Shown here piece by piece: positions 8,873 to 18,089 of a stretch of DNA of 64,000 nucleotides (position 1 is the first letter of the stretch; the number at the start of each line of letters is the position of its first letter). This stretch comes from Terriglobia bacterium (GTDB taxonomy: Bacteria > Acidobacteriota > Terriglobia > Bryobacterales > Bryobacteraceae): positions 39,910 to 103,909 of the forward strand of contig CAVOJS010000005.1 in NCBI GenBank assembly GCA_963696335.1. Reading direction: 5' to 3'. The notes under the pieces were generated by a model, which was given only the letters and a program-made list of their open reading frames with translations, made no database searches and was not told where the DNA came from. A program made the position numbers and the translations under genes.

Positions 8873-11800
8873 TTAGAACACGTATTTCAGCGCGAACTGC
8901 ATGACACGGGCAGGAGCGTTCGTGGAACTGCCGCCGAGTCCCCCGGGATTGGTGACGCCAATCGGCGGTGCCGCGTCGGTTGTGATCGCGCCGAACGTGC
9001 TGGACGCGCCCGTCGTCAGGTTCGGATTGCCCGGATGCAGGCTATTGGTGACGTTGAAGCTTTCGATGCGCAGGTCGACATGCGTCCCTTCGGTGATGCG
9101 GAAGGCGCGCGAAAGCGCCACATCCCATTGCCAGAATCCCGGCCCGAGGATGTTGTAAGCGCCCATGTTGCCGAACGTCCCAAGCGCCGGATTCGAAAAA
9201 GCCGCCGTGTTCAGCCACGCGAGGCTGAAGGCCCCCGCGGAGGCCGGACCTGCCGCGCCTTGATTCGGCGCATACACACTCGGCAAGACCTGATTCACGC
9301 GCTGTGAACCCGGAGGATTGCCGCCGGAGCCCGTGTTTGGATCGGGATCCACGCCGCTGACCGCGGTCAGATATTGACCCGACCGAGCCTGGAGCGTGGA
9401 AGCGAACGTCCAGCCCGAAGCGACAGTGCGCATCGCCCGGCTGGAATATTTCGGCGTCTGGTAGACGAAGGTGATGTTGGCCACCTGACGGCGATCCTGC
9501 ACGCAGTTGCCGACGTCCAAATTACGATCGTTGGAGCCCGGAAGGTTCGCTCCGAAACCCGAGTGAACGTAGCTTTGGCCGTCGTTGAGAACGGTCAGCG
9601 TGGAAGCCAATCCGATGCAATGCGACCAGGTGTAGTTGCCGTTCACGCTCAACCCGTCGCGGAGGCGATAGCCTGCCGTGAGGAGCAAGCCGTTGTAGCC
9701 CTGCGTGCCGCCATCGTCGTAGGAGGTCAGGTAGCCGAGCGGCGGCGTATTCGGGCTGGCCAGATTCAGCACGCGGCGAGCGGTGATGTTCGCGGTGGTC
9801 GCCTGGGTGCAAGCGCCCGGCGCGGTCAATCCATACTGCCCGGCCGCGCACTGCCCAGGGATGTATTCCGCCGGATTGAGTTCCACCGCATTCCACACGT
9901 GGGTGATGTGGTTGCCCATGTAGGTGGCCGCGACGAACAGGCTGCTGGTGAGCTGCCGTTGGATGCCCGCGTTCCAGGAATATTCCTGATGGGTGTGCAT
10001 GTTGTTTGGAATCGGCAGAAAACCAGGTGCGCAAGCGCCCGACAAACAGGGGATCTGCGACACGCTCGGCCACACCGGATTCTTCGGATTGTAGCTGTAG
10101 GGGAATGGATCACCGCTCCCGTACGGATTCGAGAGGCTGCCCGGAACGCTCGGGAACGCGAACGAAGTGAGACGGAAGGGGAGCGACGAAGAGGTATTTA
10201 GATTGAGATCCTGTTCGATGAAGTCGTGCGCAATCCCGCCGCCGAGGCGGAGGGCGGTCTTGCCGTCGCCGAACGGATCGTAAGCGATGCCGACGCGCGG
10301 ATCGAAGTGGTCGTATTGCGCGTTGATTCCGGATTTGCCGGGGAATCCGGCATCGCCGGGGAAGGTGAATCCCGGCGGAGCGCCGGCGACTGCTTTGCTC
10401 GTGACGCCCGCATAGTAATTCGACAGGCTGAAGTTATACAGATCGCCCTGCTGGAACCTCATGCCGAGAAACGGATCCCAGTTTACGCCGTAGTTCAGCG
10501 TCAGTCGTTGGGTGACTTTCCACGTGTCTTGGGCGTAGAGGCCCACGAAATTCTGGGCCAGATTCAGCGGGTTCGGATTGGCCTGGCGCAACTGGGACAC
10601 GACGCCGAGCATGAAGTCGCCCAGCCCCAATCCCGAATAGGAGTTGCCGACCGTATAGACTCCGCCCGAGAAGGCGTTCGCCACCGACCATTCGATGGAC
10701 CGATCAATGAAACCGCCGACCGCGATTTGGTGCGCCCCCTTCACGAAACGGAAGTCTTCGTTGAGGCCGAAAGCCGTGGTGTAGGCGAACGAATTCTGGC
10801 TGGGCCAGCCGCTGCCGAGGGAGAAGGCTCCATTGACGGGGATGGTCAGGTAGTTCGGCTGATAGGTGTACGCGTTGATGCCGACATTCGCATACGTGCT
10901 TGCGCCGGCTGCTTGCCCGAACATGTTCGGACCCGGCAAAATCGCCGAAATCCGGTTCATGAACAGACGGAGCGAGTTGACTTGCGTTCCGCTGAGCAGG
11001 TACGTGTCGCCGATGGTGAATCCATCGAATTGATCATTGGCTCCCACGCCGCCCGCGGCTAGAAGGTTCGGGCCGGTGCCGCCACCGAGGAGGGGAACGT
11101 CCTGGGCCAGGCCCAGCGGGACCTGAATGAGCTGTTTGACCAGCATGTTGCGGACGAACAAGCTCTGCTTATCGCTGATCTGATAATCGCCGCGAATGTC
11201 GCCTTCGTGATCGTTTTCGCTCAACGGCACGGCGTATTGCGTCGTGCCGCACGGATTCGTCGTCAACGGCAGGAGCTTCGCGATCTTCACCGCGGCAGGA
11301 TCAAACGAGGTCGGGTTGATCATGTTCGTGGCATAGCCATTGGTTCCGAACGGAGCTTTCAGCGTCTTTTGGGTTCCTTGGCATGCGGGCGAAGCAAACG
11401 CCGTGAAATCGCCCGCGAGCATGGCCGCGGTCGGTACAAACGTTGTGTTCGCGAGCGGCGTCTGGCGCACGAAGGTCCCCTGGTAGCCGGCGAAGAAGAA
11501 CAGCTTGTCCTTCTTGATCGGTCCGCCGACGGTGCCGCCGAACTGGTTGCGCTTCAGGCCATCCGGGCCCTTCGCGAAAAAGTCACGCCCGTTGGCGTCG
11601 CTATTGCGAAGGAATTCGAAAACGTCGCCATGGAAGTTGTTGGTGCCGGATTTCATCACGGCATTGACGGACGCGCCCGCGCGGCCCACGACTCCAGCCT
11701 CCTGCGTGCTGGTGGAGATCTTGAACTCCTGCAGAGCATCCGGGAACGGCAGGATCATGCTGGTGCCGTCGAAATAGTTGTCGTGATTGGCGCCGTCCAG

Positions 11801-12364
11801 ATAGTACTGCACGCCGTCTTGCATGCCTCCAGCCACCGAAATCTTGTAGCCGGTTCGCATCCCATAGCTGGGATTGAGGCCCGATATTACCGCGGCGCCA
11901 CTCAGCGGAACCAGGTCGGCCGGCTGGCGCCCATTGAGGGGAAGATCCAGCACGCGCTGGTTCTCGACCACCGAGCCGACGCCCACACTGCTGGTTTCCA
12001 CCTGTGTGGCATTGGCCTCGACGCTCACGCGCTCGGACACCGCGCCCACCTTCATCGCGATGGGAACCGCCGGGTCGCTGCCGACTTGCAGCACGATGCC
12101 GGTCTGCACGGTCGTGGCGAATCCTTCTTTGTTCACCTCGAGCTGATAAGGTCCCAGCGGAAGATTGGCGAGAACGTACTCGCCGTTTGCTTCGCTGTTC
12201 ACCGTGCGGGAAATGCCCGTCTCGGTTTGCGTGGCTTTCACCATTGCACCGGCGATCGCCGCGCCCGATGAATCCTGGACCACACCGTGAATCTGCGCGG
12301 TCGCCTGCCCCCACGCGGCTGCCGCCGCGAGTACCGACAGGAATACAATCTTGATCATCCTCAC
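8873..12364 (-). CDS. TonB-dependent-receptor-like outer-membrane protein with carboxypeptidase-regulatory-like N-terminal domain (1163 aa)
   Basis: The signal peptide ends in WGQATAQ. It carries the plug-like motif RVLDLPLNGRQ and the C-terminal sequence FALKYVF (terminal Phe). It is a close paralog of 1..2524. GTG 12364 sits 5 nt after GGAGG. Confidence 0.9.
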   Translation of the reverse strand: MRMIKIVFLSVLAAAAAWGQATAQIHGVVQDSSGAAIAGAMVKATQTETGISRTVNSEANGEYVLANLPLGPYQLEVNKEGFATTVQTGIVLQVGSDPAVPIAMKVGAVSERVSVEANATQVETSSVGVGSVVENQRVLDLPLNGRQPADLVPLSGAAVISGLNPSYGMRTGYKISVAGGMQDGVQYYLDGANHDNYFDGTSMILPFPDALQEFKISTSTQEAGVVGRAGASVNAVMKSGTNNFHGDVFEFLRNSDANGRDFFAKGPDGLKRNQFGGTVGGPIKKDKLFFFAGYQGTFVRQTPLANTTFVPTAAMLAGDFTAFASPACQGTQKTLKAPFGTNGYATNMINPTSFDPAAVKIAKLLPLTTNPCGTTQYAVPLSENDHEGDIRGDYQISDKQSLFVRNMLVKQLIQVPLGLAQDVPLLGGGTGPNLLAAGGVGANDQFDGFTIGDTYLLSGTQVNSLRLFMNRISAILPGPNMFGQAAGASTYANVGINAYTYQPNYLTIPVNGAFSLGSGWPSQNSFAYTTAFGLNEDFRFVKGAHQIAVGGFIDRSIEWSVANAFSGGVYTVGNSYSGLGLGDFMLGVVSQLRQANPNPLNLAQNFVGLYAQDTWKVTQRLTLNYGVNWDPFLGMRFQQGDLYNFSLSNYYAGVTSKAVAGAPPGFTFPGDAGFPGKSGINAQYDHFDPRVGIAYDPFGDGKTALRLGGGIAHDFIEQDLNLNTSSSLPFRLTSFAFPSVPGSLSNPYGSGDPFPYSYNPKNPVWPSVSQIPCLSGACAPGFLPIPNNMHTHQEYSWNAGIQRQLTSSLFVAATYMGNHITHVWNAVELNPAEYIPGQCAAGQYGLTAPGACTQATTANITARRVLNLASPNTPPLGYLTSYDDGGTQGYNGLLLTAGYRLRDGLSVNGNYTWSHCIGLASTLTVLNDGQSYVHSGFGANLPGSNDRNLDVGNCVQDRRQVANITFVYQTPKYSSRAMRTVASGWTFASTLQARSGQYLTAVSGVDPDPNTGSGGNPPGSQRVNQVLPSVYAPNQGAAGPASAGAFSLAWLNTAAFSNPALGTFGNMGAYNILGPGFWQWDVALSRAFRITEGTHVDLRIESFNVTNSLHPGNPNLTTGASSTFGAITTDAAPPIGVTNPGGLGGSSTNAPARVMQFALKYVF

Positions 12365-12565
12365 CTAAACCTCCCCCATATGCCGCGCAGGTTTATTTTT
12401 GCCCGCGAAGCCCCCGCTCCCAGATTGTGCTGGTCGCAGCGGCGAGTATTTCACAATGGCGATTCGGTGTCAAGCGTCACCTCCACAAAACAAAAATCCG
12501 GATGACCAAGGCAGAAGCCCGGGCCATCCGGAAGAACGAACGATGGAACGTTGGTAATCACCGCG

Positions 12566-12598
12566 GCGCGGCACAGTCCGAAATTCGATGTGCCGCGC
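12566..12598 (-). other. GC-rich stem-loop just downstream of the receptor gene 12610..15864
   Basis: GCGCGGCACA (12566-12575) pairs with TGTGCCGCGC (12589-12598), with a 13-nt loop. There is no U-tract, so terminator function is uncertain. Confidence 0.4.
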
Positions 12599-12609
12599 GC
12601 GTTGAAAGT

Positions 12610-15600
12610 TTAGAACGTCAGTTTCAGCGCCAATTGGATCTGGCGCGGATTGCCGACGTCGTACAGGATTTTCCCGGCGTTGGGATTACGCACCGGGTTC
12701 CCACCCACGATGGTCGTGTAGAGGTTCGCCGTGCTATTCGCCGCGATGGGAAGTCCCCAGTTTGTGTGATTGAACAGATTGAAGAATTCCGCGCGGAATT
12801 GCAGATTCATACCTTCGCGGATTTTGGTGTCCTTGATGACCGCCATATCGGTGTCGTTAAATCCGGGACCGCGCAAGTTATCGCGGCCGGAATTGCCGAA
12901 TGTTCCGAGGGGCGCGTAAGCGAATGCAAGCGGATTGACGTAAACGCCCCCGGCATTGCCGGTGACGGGGTTGCCCGTGCCGATAAAGTTCGGCCGCGGA
13001 TTGTCGACGCCGGTTCCGAAGCCGAGGGTGTCGACACCCTCAAACATGGTAAAGGGCAAGCCAGTTGTGGAAGATACGATGCCGCTGATCTGCCAGCCGG
13101 AGACCACGCGATTCTTGGTAAAGGGTAGCGTGTACAGACCGTTCACGCGCAAGGATTGCGTGATGTCGTAGTTGCAAGGGCCCTGATCGTAGCTCTGATT
13201 GTAAGGGTTGCCCCACGCCGCGTTCACGTTGTTGTTGAAGCTGCCGATGGCCGATCCGTCATCCGTGCATTTTCCCCAGGTGTAGGAAACCTGAGCCTGC
13301 ACGTTGCGGGTCAGACGCCGATTGACGGCAACCTGCAGCGAGTTGTAACGCGAGTTGGTGGTGGGAATGAAATCCGGGAACGAACCCAGAGCGGGATTGA
13401 CTCTTCCGAATGTGGCGACCGCCGTTCCGGCCGCATTGAACCCGCCATTGCCGTTCGCGGTGTTGACGGTGGTACCCGTCGGTCCGATCACCAGCGGATT
13501 CTGTTCCACCTGCGTCAGTTCGTGAACTCCACGGGAGCCCACATATCCCACCGTGAGAATGGTTCCCTGCATCAGCTCGCGCTGAATGCTCAGGTTGTAT
13601 TGGATCACGTAGGGCGTGGTCTGGTTGTTGTAGTCAAAGCCGGGGCTGGAGGTCACCAGCGGATTCCCGCCCACAGGGATGGTCGGGAAGGCCGGTGCGA
13701 CGCTGCCCGGAACCGAGAGACCGGCCTGGAACGTGGTCCACGGCGGCTGATCCCAGTACGCGGGAATGTACATGGCGGGCAGAATCAGATCGTGGTAGAT
13801 GCCGATGCCGCCACGGATGGACGTCTTGTGATCCTTAAAGGGATCGAACGCGAAGCCGGCGCGCGGATCGAAGTTTTTGTACGTCGGATTCTTCACGAAG
13901 ACGTTCGGGACGTTGGTGAAGTTGGTCGCAGTCGCGAAATTCGTGATGGCGAACAGATCGTTGTGCTGATCGACCGGATTGGAAATGAACTCCCAGCGCA
14001 CGCCGAAGTTTACGGTGAGCTTCGAAGAGACTTTCCAGTCGTCCTGAAAGTACGGCGTGAACTCGATATCGCGCAGATCGCGATTGGCGTACGCCGGTCC
14101 CGCGCCCGGATCGTTGGAGGGGATCGTCAGAGGCGTCCACGACAGAACCGTGGGAGTTCCCGTCAGGAAGCCGCTGAGACCCGCAAAGGCCCAAGTGGAA
14201 CCCTGGCGGAACGGCATGTAGGTATTGCTCTGCAGGCGCGAAACGGATGCGCCCAGGCGAATGGTCTGCGCGCCCTTGGTCCAAGTGATGTCGTCGCCTT
14301 CCGTGAAGCGGTTCTGGGTTTCATTGAAGGGGAGCTGCGTCGCGCCGCCGAGGCCGGCTAGCTGTCCGCCGAAAGTCACCTGACCGTCCTGACGCCCGGC
14401 GCCCGGAAAGAAGTTTTGCAGAGCGGGAACGGAGTTCGTGGTGGACGCATTCGTCGCGGTGCGCGTAAAGTGCAGACGCGCCACGTTGACCAGAGTCGGA
14501 TTTACAATGCGGCGCCATTCCGCCGTCGTGAACTGATACAGCGACGCATCGCCTTCGGGCCACAACGGGATGCCGCCACCCGCGCCCGCGAAACCACCAC
14601 CGCCGAACGGATCGGTGAAGGTCACGGCGTCGGTGACCGAGCGGAAGAAGATGGAGTCTTTTTCGGAGATGTTGTAGTCCACGCGGCCGAGGCCGTAGTG
14701 CTCGCTTGCAACCTGATTGGCGGTCTGTGTCGAGATGGTGCCCACGCCGTTATCGGGCGCCGGAAACAGCTTCAACACGTTGATAATCGCCGTCTGTTCG
14801 GCAAGCGGTAAACTCGCCGCCGGAGTGCAGGCTCCGCCGGTGAAGGCGTTGGCCGCGGTGCAATTGGGGACCGCGACCGATTTCACCACGCCCTGGGTGC
14901 GGGCGATCGCCTCGAAGTTACCGAAAAAGAAAATTTTGTCCTTCTTGATCGGTCCGCCCAGGCTCGCGCCATACTGATTCTGGCGTAGCGCGGGCTTCAC
15001 AGGATCAGCGACGTGCTTGGACAGCGTATCGTAAGCGTCCATCGCGTCGTTGCGGAAAAATTCGTAAAGGGATCCGTGATATTCGTTGGTGCCGGATTTG
15101 CTGACCGAGTTAATCACGCTTCCGTTGCCGCCGAACTGCGCGCCGTAAAGGTTGGTGAGCGTCTGGAACTCGCCGATGGCCTCCACACCGAGCGACGAAC
15201 CCGTCACCGATCCCATCCCTTTATTCCAGAAGTTCTGCAGGCTTTCATCGTCGAGCAGGAGCGCCTGTCCCTGGGGACGCGATCCCGCAATCGAATATTC
15301 CGGGGCTCTGCCCTGGAACCCGGACGAGCTGAACGTGCTGACCTGATTGACGCCCGGAGCAAGCAAAATCAACTGCTCAAAGTTGCGTCCGTTGAGCGGC
15401 AGTTCCTTCATCTGGCGCTGATCGGTCAGAGTGGCTACCGCTGAAGACGTGGTTTCCACCTGCGAGACTTGTCCTTCGACGGTCACCGTCTGCGTCTGCT
15501 GCCCCACTGGCATGGAGAAGTCGACATTGACTTCCGCTCCGACGTTCAGCGCGACGCCGCTGTGAGCCACGGTGGAAAAACCCGCCTTGCTCGCAGTCAC

Positions 15601-15864
15601 GTCGTAGCTGCCCACTTGCAGATCGGGAACGCGAAAGCGCCCCCCGGCATCGGTGTTTACCGTTCGGGTCGCGCCCGTGCCCGTGTTTTTCAATAAGATG
15701 CTTGCGTCCGGCACCGCGGCGCCCGACATGTCGGTCACGGTTCCTAGAACGGTCGCGGTTGCATTTTGTGCGTAAAGATGGTTCGATCCGGCCACTGCAA
15801 AAATCATCAGTGCGGAAATAATCCAGGCGGTTGCCGGGATGAGTGATTTTAAACTACGTTGCAA
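12610..15864 (-). CDS. TonB-dependent-receptor-like outer-membrane protein with carboxypeptidase-regulatory-like N-terminal domain (1084 aa)
   Basis: The mature N-terminus after the signal peptide reads QNATATVLGTVTD. It carries the motif LPLNGRNFEQL and the C-terminal sequence LALKLTF. The TTG start at 15864 sits 5 nt after GGAGG. Confidence 0.9.
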   Translation of the reverse strand: MQRSLKSLIPATAWIISALMIFAVAGSNHLYAQNATATVLGTVTDMSGAAVPDASILLKNTGTGATRTVNTDAGGRFRVPDLQVGSYDVTASKAGFSTVAHSGVALNVGAEVNVDFSMPVGQQTQTVTVEGQVSQVETTSSAVATLTDQRQMKELPLNGRNFEQLILLAPGVNQVSTFSSSGFQGRAPEYSIAGSRPQGQALLLDDESLQNFWNKGMGSVTGSSLGVEAIGEFQTLTNLYGAQFGGNGSVINSVSKSGTNEYHGSLYEFFRNDAMDAYDTLSKHVADPVKPALRQNQYGASLGGPIKKDKIFFFGNFEAIARTQGVVKSVAVPNCTAANAFTGGACTPAASLPLAEQTAIINVLKLFPAPDNGVGTISTQTANQVASEHYGLGRVDYNISEKDSIFFRSVTDAVTFTDPFGGGGFAGAGGGIPLWPEGDASLYQFTTAEWRRIVNPTLVNVARLHFTRTATNASTTNSVPALQNFFPGAGRQDGQVTFGGQLAGLGGATQLPFNETQNRFTEGDDITWTKGAQTIRLGASVSRLQSNTYMPFRQGSTWAFAGLSGFLTGTPTVLSWTPLTIPSNDPGAGPAYANRDLRDIEFTPYFQDDWKVSSKLTVNFGVRWEFISNPVDQHNDLFAITNFATATNFTNVPNVFVKNPTYKNFDPRAGFAFDPFKDHKTSIRGGIGIYHDLILPAMYIPAYWDQPPWTTFQAGLSVPGSVAPAFPTIPVGGNPLVTSSPGFDYNNQTTPYVIQYNLSIQRELMQGTILTVGYVGSRGVHELTQVEQNPLVIGPTGTTVNTANGNGGFNAAGTAVATFGRVNPALGSFPDFIPTTNSRYNSLQVAVNRRLTRNVQAQVSYTWGKCTDDGSAIGSFNNNVNAAWGNPYNQSYDQGPCNYDITQSLRVNGLYTLPFTKNRVVSGWQISGIVSSTTGLPFTMFEGVDTLGFGTGVDNPRPNFIGTGNPVTGNAGGVYVNPLAFAYAPLGTFGNSGRDNLRGPGFNDTDMAVIKDTKIREGMNLQFRAEFFNLFNHTNWGLPIAANSTANLYTTIVGGNPVRNPNAGKILYDVGNPRQIQLALKLTF

Positions 15865-16247
15865 TCTAACCTCCTCATAATAAACGTCTTAAGAAAGCAC
15901 AGCTCGTACCGATAAAAGTCCCCTAGCTACTCCGTACGGAGGAAAGAAGACGCTAAGTCTTCTGGTACACCGAGGAAATTCTCACGATGAACTGCACTGC
16001 CCCTTACTGCATCACGCGACCGCTCGCCGGCCCCTAAGTTCGGCGAAAGTACGCGTTAGTCCGAGTCTCACACATCGCGCCGGAGAGTGTCAATTCCGTG
16101 ACAAGACGCGCCGCGGCTCTAGCCTGATGCCCACGGGCTTACATTGTCTTAACAATTCTCGGCGTGATTCGCATGATTTCTTTACGTGCGATAGGTATTC
16201 TGAGAGCATGCGCATTGGGGTCTCTTCAGGCCCCTTAGCGCGATTGA

Positions 16248-17276
16248 ATGAGACAGGGAGCGAATGAACCCGTGAGCCGAATTGTCGGGGGCGTGAAGAT
16301 CCGCCATTGGATCGCCGGGATGGCGCTGGCTGTTGCTGTGGTGGTCCCTCTCGGCTTGGCGCAAAGCACCGGCGGTCCGGCTCTGGACGTTCTTCAGATC
16401 CGCTCGAACTTCTATATGATCGCGGGGGCGGGCGCCAATATCGGAGTGCAAATCGGTTCGGACGGGGTGGTCCTCGTGGACGCGGGCAGTGCGGGACAAG
16501 AAGACAGGGTTGTCGCGGCCGTCCGCAAGCTGACCGACCAGCCGATCCGATACATCATCAATACCGATGCCGATCCCGACCACGTGGGCGGCAATGCCAG
16601 GGTGGCCAAGGCCGGGAAAACTTTTTTTGACATCGGGGGCCCTCGCGCGGATCTGGCGAAAGCCATGACCAATGGCGGGGCGGCCGCAATCCTGGCGTCC
16701 GACGAGGTACTGCGCCGGATGAGCGCGACGGTCGGCAAGTCGTCCGCATATCCTTCCGAGGGATGGCCGACGGAGGCCTTTTTCACGGAGCGCAAGACAA
16801 TTTATCTGAATCACGAAGGCATCGAGGTGCTTCGTCAGCCCGCCGCTCATTCCGACAGCGATAGTTTCGTCCTGTTCCGGGGATCGGACGTGGTGATGGC
16901 GGGCGAGGTCCTCGACACCACCCGGTTTCCAGTAATCGACACCGCGCACGGAGGCACAATTCAGGGGGAGATCGACGCGTTGAATCGTCTCATGCAACTG
17001 GCGATCCCATCGACGCCACTCGTGAATCAGGAGGGTGGGACCTACGTCGTTTCCGGTCACGGACGGGTTTGCGATCAAGCCGATGTCCTGGACTATCGCG
17101 ATATGGTCGTCATCGTCCGCGATGTCGTTCAGGACCTGATCAAGAAGGGCATGACGCTCGAGCAAATCAAAGCAGCTGCTCCGGCCAAGCCCTACGAGCC
17201 GGAATACGGAACGGCGCCGGGCGCCACGAATGCTTTTGTGGAAGCGATTTATAAGGGCCTGACGGCAGGGAAATGA
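16248..17276 (+). CDS. Secreted metallo-beta-lactamase-fold protein with a degenerate metal-binding motif
   Basis: It is homologous to the C-terminal half of 6128..7975 (YMIAGAGANIGVQIGSDGVVLVDAG...IRYIINT). DADPDH (16566-16583) replaces HxHxDH. The start may instead be GTG 16293 or ATG 16320 (signal peptide ...MALAVAVVVPLGLAQ). The stop overlaps the next start as ATGA. Confidence 0.85.
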   Translation: MRQGANEPVSRIVGGVKIRHWIAGMALAVAVVVPLGLAQSTGGPALDVLQIRSNFYMIAGAGANIGVQIGSDGVVLVDAGSAGQEDRVVAAVRKLTDQPIRYIINTDADPDHVGGNARVAKAGKTFFDIGGPRADLAKAMTNGGAAAILASDEVLRRMSATVGKSSAYPSEGWPTEAFFTERKTIYLNHEGIEVLRQPAAHSDSDSFVLFRGSDVVMAGEVLDTTRFPVIDTAHGGTIQGEIDALNRLMQLAIPSTPLVNQEGGTYVVSGHGRVCDQADVLDYRDMVVIVRDVVQDLIKKGMTLEQIKAAAPAKPYEPEYGTAPGATNAFVEAIYKGLTAGK

Positions 17277-18079
17277 ACAAGCGCACCGGGTCGCGAAAGG
17301 CGAGGACCAGATTGACCGATTCCATTCCAAACAGGCCCCTTGGTTCGCGGAAGAGGTGGGTTTTTCTTGTGGCCGCGATCGCCGGATCCTTGGGGATGCA
17401 GGCTCCGGCCTTCGCTCAAGACGGCACGCGTACACCTGCGGCTCCGAAGGCCGGGACACCCGTAGATCTCACGGGCTACTGGGTCTCGGTGGTGACCACT
17501 TTGGACTGGCGCTTGCGAATGGTCCCGCCGGCGAAGGGTGATTATTTTGCGATCCGCATGACGCCGGCGGCCATGAAGTTGGCCGACGCATGGGATCCGG
17601 CGAAAGATGAAGCCGCGGGCGAGCAATGCAAGTCCTACGGGGCAGCCGCCATCATGCGGATACCAGGACGTCTGCACATCACAAAGCCGGATGCCAATAG
17701 CTTGCGAATGGACCTGGACGCGGGCGTCCAAACGAGAGTCTTCCATTTCGGCGCCTCTAAAGCCCCGGCGGGCGAACCTACCTGGCAGGGAGATTCTGTT
17801 GCCGAATGGGATTCGTCAGGCACGGGCGGACTGAAGGTCACGACCAGGAATATGCGTCCGGGATACCTGCGAAAGAATGGCATCCCTTATAGCGGAAATG
17901 CGGTTTTGACGGAGTATTACGACGTCGTCCGGGAACGCTCTGGAGATCAATGGCTGATCCTCACCAGCGTGGTCGACGATCCAGTGTTTCTCCCGCAGCC
18001 TTACACAACCAGCGTCCAATTTAGAAAACAATCCGATGCCTCGGGATGGGATCCCACGCCTTGCTCGGCGAGATGGTAG
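17273..18079 (+). CDS. Secreted protein of the SGxW family, subtype A (uncharacterised)
   Basis: The motif DLTGYW is present, with a Cys pair (EQCKSYG ... TPCSA). It is a paralog of 5346..6104. It has a 4-nt ATGA overlap with the upstream MBL-fold gene. Confidence 0.8.
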   Translation: MNKRTGSRKARTRLTDSIPNRPLGSRKRWVFLVAAIAGSLGMQAPAFAQDGTRTPAAPKAGTPVDLTGYWVSVVTTLDWRLRMVPPAKGDYFAIRMTPAAMKLADAWDPAKDEAAGEQCKSYGAAAIMRIPGRLHITKPDANSLRMDLDAGVQTRVFHFGASKAPAGEPTWQGDSVAEWDSSGTGGLKVTTRNMRPGYLRKNGIPYSGNAVLTEYYDVVRERSGDQWLILTSVVDDPVFLPQPYTTSVQFRKQSDASGWDPTPCSARW

Positions 18080-18089
18080 GTTATTCACG

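Noticed and set aside
16182-17459. A 425-aa minus-strand ORF, antisense to the MBL-fold and subtype A genes.
   Set aside because: The plus strand here encodes proteins with clear paralogs and motifs. The antisense product is Arg/Pro/Gly/His-rich with no recognisable motif, as expected for shadow ORFs in high-GC DNA.
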